Virus record (IMG/VR): IMGVR_UViG_3300046820_001270
Span: 128,001 to 192,000 of that record
Length of the DNA: 64,000 nt
Direction: 5' to 3' (one strand)
Source: a virus
Lineage: Duplodnaviria > Caudoviricetes
The translations under genes were made by a program, and so were the position numbers. Shown one piece after another: positions 57,533 to 64,000 of the stretch. The notes under the pieces are model-generated. The model searched no databases and was not told the DNA's origin. It was given only the letters and a program-made list of their open reading frames with translations. Every line of letters begins with the position of its first letter. Position 1 is the stretch's first letter.

Positions 57533-59677
57533 ATGAAGTTGGGCTTAACCGATAAACAATACAACAATTTATTAAATTTAATTTTAGAACAGGCGGAACC
57601 CCCTGCGTCAGAACCTGAAGCTGGTACATCAAGTAAACAGTCTGGAGGTCAAGGATATCCTCAAGTGGGTAAATGGGAAAGTGGTGTTACAAGAGGTCCC
57701 GGTAATCAAGTTGGGGTAACTAAATGGGCTGATGTGGTTGGAGCGAAATTGAATAGAGGTAAAGCTAATCCATTAAAAGAAATTAAGTATACAAAGAGAA
57801 GTCTTTTACGTTTAATGAGTGAACAGACACCTATATCCGATAAGGATACTCCGGGAGTTAAAGTGGGAGATGTAAACACGAGTGGGTTTTTGGGATCAGA
57901 ACAACCATCAGAACCCATTCCTGCAATACAAAAATATCCAAATCAGTGTCAATATTATGAGTATGGTAGATGTCCATTTGAGATGAAAAACAGGGAAGGG
58001 GAAATATATTTTTGGCATTATCATAGTGTTGCACCTGTTGGATTTTGGACTTACGTTGGTGAATTACACGGAGAGGTACCTGGTTTAGGGGATTATAAAC
58101 TTGGGAACTATAATTCAAATGATTTTGTCGGTAATAAAAAAGACATGATGGATTATTATGAAAATGAACTTGATTGGTGGTTGAAAGAAAATATGGATAC
58201 TACCTTAGAACAGTGGAAAAGATATCAAAATAGATTAAGTAAAAGTGGTAAAGAAGTTCCTAAAGGATTTGATCCTGATAGATATGACGAATATTTAGCT
58301 AAAATCGGCCCAATACAACAACAAATCGATACTATAGAAAAAAAACATAAATCTAATTGGAATCCATTAAAACCAAATTTTGGACCCGGAGGATATTGGG
58401 ACAAAAAAGACTTAAATGTTTTAAATAATCTTAAACAACAACTTACAAATATAACAAATGAATATTCCAATAATGAATTTAGTTATGGTATCACTAATGA
58501 AGAGTTAGAACAATATAATCAAAGGAAAAAAGAAATTACAGTTGAATATGAAAAAGAGGTTAATGAAATAAAGGGAAAATATGGATCATATGATCTTGAT
58601 CGTGCGGACAATACAAGAACATACAATCAAACCGCATATGCCGAACTTCCACCAGAAAATAATACACTAAAACAACAAAGAGATCAAGAATTATACCAAT
58701 TGCAACAAAAATATCAAAAAAATTTAATGGAACTTGATGTGGTATTTGGTAAAGATGACTTTGGTAAAGATGTTAGTATGTTTGGTCAATCATTTGATAA
58801 ATTTTGGGATAAATGGGGAGGGGCCATACAGACAGTAGGTAATATTGCAGTCATTGCACTTTCGGGTGGTATTGCGGGTATGGTTGAGGGGGTGGTAGGG
58901 GCCGTTGGGTTTACGTTCACCTCTGGAGTACTTAGAGCTATAGCACCTTATGCGGTGGATGCGACTTTTAATGCATTAGTCGGTACATATCAAGCTTCAA
59001 GAGGTAAAAATGAAAATGCGGTCATATCTTTTTTATGTGCAATGATACCGTTTATTTCATATGGAAGAAATGTTGGTAAGGTATCTATTGAAGTTGCTGA
59101 AGGGTTATCCAAAAAAGTTGCTGTAGGTAAATTTGACACTAAAGAAAGTATGGAAATTTTTATAAAGGCATTAACACCTGAAGAAAGATATATTTTTAGA
59201 GATGTTATGACATTACCAAAAGAATCAATTAAAGCTAATTTTGATAAGGCAGTTAAAGAACTTAGTAAAAAAATGGCAGGAAATGGTGTGAAGGTGGCTA
59301 AAGCGGGAACTGCAGTATGGTTACCTAAAATTTTGAAACAATTAGGATTTGAAGCCGTACCACCTACAGCGGCAATGATAACTAACGGGTTTTTAAAAGT
59401 GATTAAAGATAGTGGACATGCGTATACCCAAGATGAACTAATAAGAATTAAACAAACATTAAAGAATATAGAAAAGGAGGGGTTAGCTAAACAATTAATG
59501 ATTTTTGGTGAAGCTAGTAAAATATTAAAAGAGACAAAAGTATCATCTAAGAATAAACCCGATTTAGTGAACTTATTAGGGGCAATCCAAAGTAAACGTC
59601 AAAAAGAAATACCTGAACAAGAAGCTGAAAAGTTTTTTACTGAAATGACCGAAATAATGAAAAAAGGTAAAAATTAA
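57533..59677 (+). CDS. large leader-bearing putative virion/ejection protein
   Basis: MKLGLTDKQY..ILEQ; Gly/Ala hydrophobic helices in C-terminal half. Confidence 0.7.
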   Translation: MKLGLTDKQYNNLLNLILEQAEPPASEPEAGTSSKQSGGQGYPQVGKWESGVTRGPGNQVGVTKWADVVGAKLNRGKANPLKEIKYTKRSLLRLMSEQTPISDKDTPGVKVGDVNTSGFLGSEQPSEPIPAIQKYPNQCQYYEYGRCPFEMKNREGEIYFWHYHSVAPVGFWTYVGELHGEVPGLGDYKLGNYNSNDFVGNKKDMMDYYENELDWWLKENMDTTLEQWKRYQNRLSKSGKEVPKGFDPDRYDEYLAKIGPIQQQIDTIEKKHKSNWNPLKPNFGPGGYWDKKDLNVLNNLKQQLTNITNEYSNNEFSYGITNEELEQYNQRKKEITVEYEKEVNEIKGKYGSYDLDRADNTRTYNQTAYAELPPENNTLKQQRDQELYQLQQKYQKNLMELDVVFGKDDFGKDVSMFGQSFDKFWDKWGGAIQTVGNIAVIALSGGIAGMVEGVVGAVGFTFTSGVLRAIAPYAVDATFNALVGTYQASRGKNENAVISFLCAMIPFISYGRNVGKVSIEVAEGLSKKVAVGKFDTKESMEIFIKALTPEERYIFRDVMTLPKESIKANFDKAVKELSKKMAGNGVKVAKAGTAVWLPKILKQLGFEAVPPTAAMITNGFLKVIKDSGHAYTQDELIRIKQTLKNIEKEGLAKQLMIFGEASKILKETKVSSKNKPDLVNLLGAIQSKRQKEIPEQEAEKFFTEMTEIMKKGKN

Positions 59678-59702
59678 TAAAATATAACAAATATTTATAT
59701 AA

Positions 59703-61751
59703 ATGAAGAATAGTAAAAATTTATTGACCGAGATATTAAGAGTACAAGAATTAATGGGGGTCAAACAACTAATAAGTGAAGAAGGAGGTAAATTTGATCC
59801 AGTGGTGGAATTTTTTAAATCTATGTTGAAAATATCGGCAAAGGATGTAAAATTCACAAAAATGTTTGATGAGGCTTTTGAACATATTAAATATAGAAAT
59901 TCTGAACTTTTTGAAAAACTTAAAAAATCATTGAACTCTACTGAAATTTCAGTTAATGGATTAAAAGGTTTAAGGAATTTATCATCTATTAAATCTTCTG
60001 AATTAAAGGCCATGTTAGAGGAATTACAAAGTGAGATGATTTCGTACGTTTTTACCAAATACACCGATGATTTTATTGAACTAGGTGATGATATAATTGA
60101 AGCTTCTCTTGTTGGTAAACCTCAGGCTAAAAGAGTATATGATTTTATGGTAGATTTGGCCGAAAAAGGTCAAGCAGAAGAATTACAGATTGCCATCCAA
60201 AAACAAAGAGGTAATTTCCCATCTTATGTTTTGGATCATATTCAAAATACTAAATTCATACAAAAGGCGGAAGATGCTGTTGTTGATACAATAGGTAAGA
60301 CAGGTGATGAAATTGTAGATGACGTTAGTGATGAGATGATTGATCAGATTATAGACGCTGGTGATAAATCTCTATCAAGGGTTAAAGAATTTTTTGGATC
60401 GGCTTGGGCTAAAATTGTATACGGTTGGGATAAAATAGGTGATTGGACATTATTATTAAGAAAATATAGTGGATTAAATGGTCCATTAGAAGGTGTTTTC
60501 ACTTCTTTTCCGTTTAAACAAGTTGCCAATGCACCTGGACTTTCTATCATAGCTAAAAAAATGCATCTTACTTATGATAAATTAATGGTAGACCCAATTC
60601 AAATTAAAAAAGATTTAGATGAAATTTTTAAAAGAATTTTAGTTAAACTTGAATCGGGAACGAACACTGACATTACAAATGAACAATTAGAATTAACAGC
60701 AAAATTTTCTCAATTTTTAGCAAAAAGAAATGAGTCACATAAAATAATTTTTGATGAATGGATGATTTTGTGGAAAGAAGATGATAGATTAAAAAGGTTA
60801 TTTAACCCAACACAAAAAAGACCAACAGGTCAATTAGATGCCAATAAAAACCCAATATTTTATGACGTTCCAGAACCTTTATATTTTAAAAATGGATGGA
60901 GTGATCCTAAGTTTATACAAATGATGGAAGCATTTGAAACTGCTAAAGGAAACAATGTTGGTGCAATAAAACAAACATATAATAAAATATATGGATCAAT
61001 ACAATTAGCAAAAAATTTAATAAAAATAATACCACATAGAAGACCTACAATAAAAAACTTTATGAATTATGGTGCAAATGTTTTGGAATTGATTCAAAGA
61101 TTAATAGGTGCATTAGTGGTTTATACTCCAAATACATATAAAGAAGTAGCACATAATGTTAGAGTTTTAGGTAAAGGTAGATGGTTTGGAGTTGGTCTTG
61201 GACAAAAAATAGTGATGTCAACTATAGATATACCATTAATATTAGCCTCTTATAGAACTATTGGTTCATTCATTCAGGATTATGTTAATAGTAGAAGATT
61301 AGCTCAAACAAAACCAGGACAACCATTACCTAAAGAGATGAAATGGTGGTTATTGAGTGATGAAGAATGGTCTATAATGACTAGTGGTCCAGATGGGGAT
61401 GCATTCAAGACAACTATATCATTTTTTGGTGAAAGTTTTAAAAAATTTAGTATAACAAACACAAAAGAATTAACAAATTCAGTTCTTCCATGGACAATAG
61501 CGGGGTGGGCGTATTTTGAAAAATTTAAAGGGGATTGGAAAGTAAGTGATTTCTACGATCAATTCAATTCTGTTGAGTCAAATAGTAAAGAAAATCTGAA
61601 CAAAGTAAATACAGAGGCAGTAAAAGATACAAATCTTAACAAAATAGTAAAAGATAATAATATACAAACATACGAAGAAACAAGTAATAAAATTGATACT
61701 GCACTTAAAACTAGACCTAAATTAGTGCCGACTGAAGAGGCAAATTATTAA
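59703..61751 (+). CDS. large helical putative virion protein
   Basis: MKNSKNLLTEILRVQELMG..ISEE leader; TATTTATA upstream. Confidence 0.7.
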   Translation: MKNSKNLLTEILRVQELMGVKQLISEEGGKFDPVVEFFKSMLKISAKDVKFTKMFDEAFEHIKYRNSELFEKLKKSLNSTEISVNGLKGLRNLSSIKSSELKAMLEELQSEMISYVFTKYTDDFIELGDDIIEASLVGKPQAKRVYDFMVDLAEKGQAEELQIAIQKQRGNFPSYVLDHIQNTKFIQKAEDAVVDTIGKTGDEIVDDVSDEMIDQIIDAGDKSLSRVKEFFGSAWAKIVYGWDKIGDWTLLLRKYSGLNGPLEGVFTSFPFKQVANAPGLSIIAKKMHLTYDKLMVDPIQIKKDLDEIFKRILVKLESGTNTDITNEQLELTAKFSQFLAKRNESHKIIFDEWMILWKEDDRLKRLFNPTQKRPTGQLDANKNPIFYDVPEPLYFKNGWSDPKFIQMMEAFETAKGNNVGAIKQTYNKIYGSIQLAKNLIKIIPHRRPTIKNFMNYGANVLELIQRLIGALVVYTPNTYKEVAHNVRVLGKGRWFGVGLGQKIVMSTIDIPLILASYRTIGSFIQDYVNSRRLAQTKPGQPLPKEMKWWLLSDEEWSIMTSGPDGDAFKTTISFFGESFKKFSITNTKELTNSVLPWTIAGWAYFEKFKGDWKVSDFYDQFNSVESNSKENLNKVNTEAVKDTNLNKIVKDNNIQTYEETSNKIDTALKTRPKLVPTEEANY

Positions 61752-61752
61752 T

Positions 61753-62904
61753 ATGGAAAATGCAATAGATAGAAAAGCAAATAGACGAGCCCTTTATAAT
61801 AAAGTTTTTACACAGTTTACTAATAAGAAAAATATTACATTTACTTTTGAAGAATGGGAAAATTTATTTTTTCAAAATGAAGAAAACTGTGTTACGGGTA
61901 AGGCATCTCCTGCTGATGGAAATGGTTATGTAAAACAAGGAAATTTATTTGACATATTAACACATGTAAATAAAAGAGGAAAAATAATTAAAGACGAGTT
62001 TTTAAAAAATGGTAGTTCAGAATATAATTCATTGAGTGACAAAGTTACATTTGTAAAAATATACGCTTGTTTTGATTTTGATTGGACAACCACAAGTACC
62101 ACAAAATATTGTGGTAATGCTGAAAAATCTAAAACAGATACTAAAACTAACACTAACACTAGTACTAGCACAATAAATTTACCTGACTATATTGGAGCGT
62201 TTAAAACTAAAGAACGTGAAATATTAAATATTATAATGAGTGGTGAAAACGGTATACAAAAATTAAAAATTAATGCCGAACATTTACCTTCAGGAATGAA
62301 TAGTTTTTTCTTAGAACAATCATCGGATAAATATACTTTTGATGTAAAATTACCTTCAGATGTCTCCTCAAAGATTGTAGATTTACTTAAAGATAAAAAA
62401 TCAACTATAAAATTTGCAAATGACTTACAATCGTTTGATTATGATTTAGCGGGACTAAGAAAAGGTACCGCAACTAAAGTTAAGTATGTTGAGAATAAAA
62501 AAACAGACAATAAAAAAAAGGTACAAGACGATGATGACGATGATGATACTAATGATGGAAACGTTATTATAAACAAGAAAGTTTATAACTATCCTGATGT
62601 TAACGTTAAAGACGAACCACCTATAGAGGGTAATAGAGATTGCGACGATTATCCATTCAAACCTGGATGTATAAATGATGATATTGGAGATCTTAATCTA
62701 ATGTTTTTTAACGATCGTAGAGGTAACGTTTTTGGTACTCGTTTATTAAAAAAATTAAATTCAATGGGACTAATTAGTCCTAACGATAAAAATCCAGAAA
62801 TTACTCCAGAGATATTCAATCAAGTTATGAGTAAATTCAAGAAAAATGTAATTAAAGAATCGGTAAAAAAAGTTTTAAAAGAATATACCAATAAGAAAAA
62901 ATAA
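61753..62904 (+). CDS. hypothetical putative virion protein
   Basis: 383 aa; ends VIKESVKKVLKE. Confidence 0.7.
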   Translation: MENAIDRKANRRALYNKVFTQFTNKKNITFTFEEWENLFFQNEENCVTGKASPADGNGYVKQGNLFDILTHVNKRGKIIKDEFLKNGSSEYNSLSDKVTFVKIYACFDFDWTTTSTTKYCGNAEKSKTDTKTNTNTSTSTINLPDYIGAFKTKEREILNIIMSGENGIQKLKINAEHLPSGMNSFFLEQSSDKYTFDVKLPSDVSSKIVDLLKDKKSTIKFANDLQSFDYDLAGLRKGTATKVKYVENKKTDNKKKVQDDDDDDDTNDGNVIINKKVYNYPDVNVKDEPPIEGNRDCDDYPFKPGCINDDIGDLNLMFFNDRRGNVFGTRLLKKLNSMGLISPNDKNPEITPEIFNQVMSKFKKNVIKESVKKVLKEYTNKKK

Positions 62905-62915
62905 CATATTTATAA

Positions 62916-63012
62916 ACAGAGTTTGGCGGTTTGGTCGCCGTTAAATGATAACTCTGTAAACGAAAAGGAGGTATTCTAAATCTCGACAAAGGGTCTTCGG
63001 ACCTTTTGTTGT
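62916..63012 (+). ncRNA. candidate small structured RNA
   Basis: TATTTATA upstream; ACAGAGTT/AACTCTGT stem with inner GGCG/CGCC; GAGGT/ATCTC stem; C(UUCG)G-capped terminator. Confidence 0.4.
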
Positions 63013-63019
63013 TTTATAG

Positions 63020-63043
63020 AAAAACCCATCCGAAGATGGGTTT
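63020..63043. terminator. terminator downstream of tmRNA
   Basis: AAAACCCATC-CGAA-GATGGGTTT. Confidence 0.75.
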
Positions 63044-63044
63044 A

Positions 63045-63443
63045 AGGTGGAGACGAAGGGAGTCGAACCCTTGTCTTTCCTGTTCAACAATAAATGACTA
63101 CACGTTTATTCAATTGGTTCTCAATTGACAAATAGAAGGTTAATATCAGGAAACCATCAATACTGTTCCTAACCGGATTTTCAAGAGCCGTCAAGTTTGC
63201 TCCAACACTCTAGGGTTATGTTCCACCGAAAGGACTTCTGTTCCTAGGTTATATGTCCGTCGACCCGTGCGTAGAGGCTAATCTAATTAGGCTGCTACTT
63301 TAGAAGTTGCAAGAATACCTGCAATTTCCATTGTGTTGTAAACGTTGTCGTTTAATTTTCTTCACCGTGGATTTAAGTCATAGATGAATTCTGACTACGT
63401 GCCATTTACCCCTGATACCTGAAATCAAATCCAAGGCGTCCCC
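63045..63443 (-). ncRNA. ssrA: tmRNA
   Basis: 5' GGGGACG pairs with 3' CGTCTCC-A-CC incl. G3:U; T-arm GGGTTCGACTCCC; tag ORF 63349-63287 (A)DNVYNTMEIAGILATSKVAA*; TATATTTG upstream. Confidence 0.93.
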
Positions 63444-63523
63444 AGTAAATAGAATACAAATATAGATAAAAAAGGGTTAAAAAACTAATTTTAACCCTGA
63501 ATAACCTATATGTTAGAAAAAAA

Positions 63524-63748
63524 TTACTTAGTAGTAGTTTTCTTAGCTTTTGGTGCTTTATCAGTTACTTTTTTAACTTTAGCTTTAACTTCCGCTACTT
63601 TCTCTTTTACAACTTTAACTTCGGCAACAACCTCAGTTTCTAATTGTTGTAATTCAACGGCCTTTTCAGCCATAGTTCCAGTACCTAAAAGTTTCTTAAT
63701 TAAATCAATAATTTTTTTCATAATTTTTCTTTTATATAAATATATCAA
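63524..63748 (-). CDS. small basic Lys/Ala-rich protein
   Basis: likely start MKKIIDLIKK; KAKVKKVTDKAPKAKK tail. Confidence 0.6.
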   Translation of the reverse strand: MIYLYKRKIMKKIIDLIKKLLGTGTMAEKAVELQQLETEVVAEVKVVKEKVAEVKAKVKKVTDKAPKAKKTTTK

Positions 63749-63754
63749 AAATGA

Positions 63755-64000
63755 CTAAATTGTCAAGGGTAGTTGTTTTTCAAATAACGATTCAAACAGT
63801 AGTTTATTCTTTTCCCATTGCTTATTAGTCATACCTACAGATTTATGAGTAATCCCAAATTTGGTGGTTAAACCGACTTTAACACCTTCCATATAATTCT
63901 CAACACAGAATAAAATATCATAGAAATGAAACCCTTCAAACTGTTCGTTAAATTCCTTCTTTAGAATACTTTTATGAACCATAAAGAACAAACCATCCAC
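63755..64000 (-). CDS. glycosyltransferase family 2-like, partial (runs off window)
   Basis: DGLFFMV...FNEQFEGFHFYD. Confidence 0.65.
   Translation of the reverse strand: MDGLFFMVHKSILKKEFNEQFEGFHFYDILFCVENYMEGVKVGLTTKFGITHKSVGMTNKQWEKNKLLFESLFEKQLPLTI

Noticed and set aside
549-62171. Numerous antisense/alternate-frame ORFs overlapping longer genes (e.g. 1040-1330, 7590-7871, 11572-11886, 30698-31027, 59576-60064)
   Set aside because: Shadow ORFs of AT-rich coding strands with no motifs or expression signals
63045-63070. tRNA gene suggested by the GGTTCGACTCCC T-arm
   Set aside because: No anticodon arm; the 5' acceptor half lies about 400 nt away with an internal tag ORF, so it is tmRNA
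1-64000. Stop-codon reassignment (alternative genetic code)
   Set aside because: Standard-code ORFs tile the window densely and use TAA, TAG and TGA as apparent stops
1-64000. Bacterial chromosome or integrated prophage because of rpmA and ssrA
   Set aside because: No rplU or other housekeeping context, no integrase or att site; flanks are phage-family genes with phage-type motifs

Overview
This is an AT-rich 64 kb segment of a large lytic (jumbo-type) tailed-phage genome. The host is very probably Bacteroidota, judged from repeated TTTG-N19-21-TAnnTTTG promoters and a Bacteroidota-like bL27. There are no cellular housekeeping operons, rRNA, tRNA or CRISPR arrays. Layout: (i) 0.1-8.5 kb (+): small paralogous ORFs (an MKxFKF-leader family, three of them RMF-like), a multi-repeat 'KAKTVYKALKKG' family and two HNH endonucleases. 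(ii) 8.5-22.8 kb: a minus-strand island of small early-type genes between two non-coding structured junctions. It is built from terminator / motif-cluster / TTAACA-N5-TTAACA box / host-promoter cassettes and holds roughly 35-40 copies of TGCCAA(A/T)CAA, a ParB/DGQHR-like gene, an AP2-like gene and a phage-encoded ribosomal protein bL27. (iii) 22.8-50 kb: many putative late/virion proteins that share a TATTTATA upstream motif and N-terminal leaders ending in (I/L/V)xE. They include three Hef-like zinc-ribbon/PD-(D/E)XK endonucleases (two fused to HExxH or ADP-ribosyltransferase-like C-termini), peptidoglycan-binding, OmpA-like and glucosaminidase proteins, a GH19 endolysin, pirin, a kinase and a NucA-like nuclease. 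(iv) 50-56 kb: a flavodoxin-like gene and a glycosyltransferase/methyltransferase cluster. (v) 57-64 kb: large putative virion proteins, a candidate sRNA and a tmRNA. All family assignments come from motif recognition by eye, and no searches were run.
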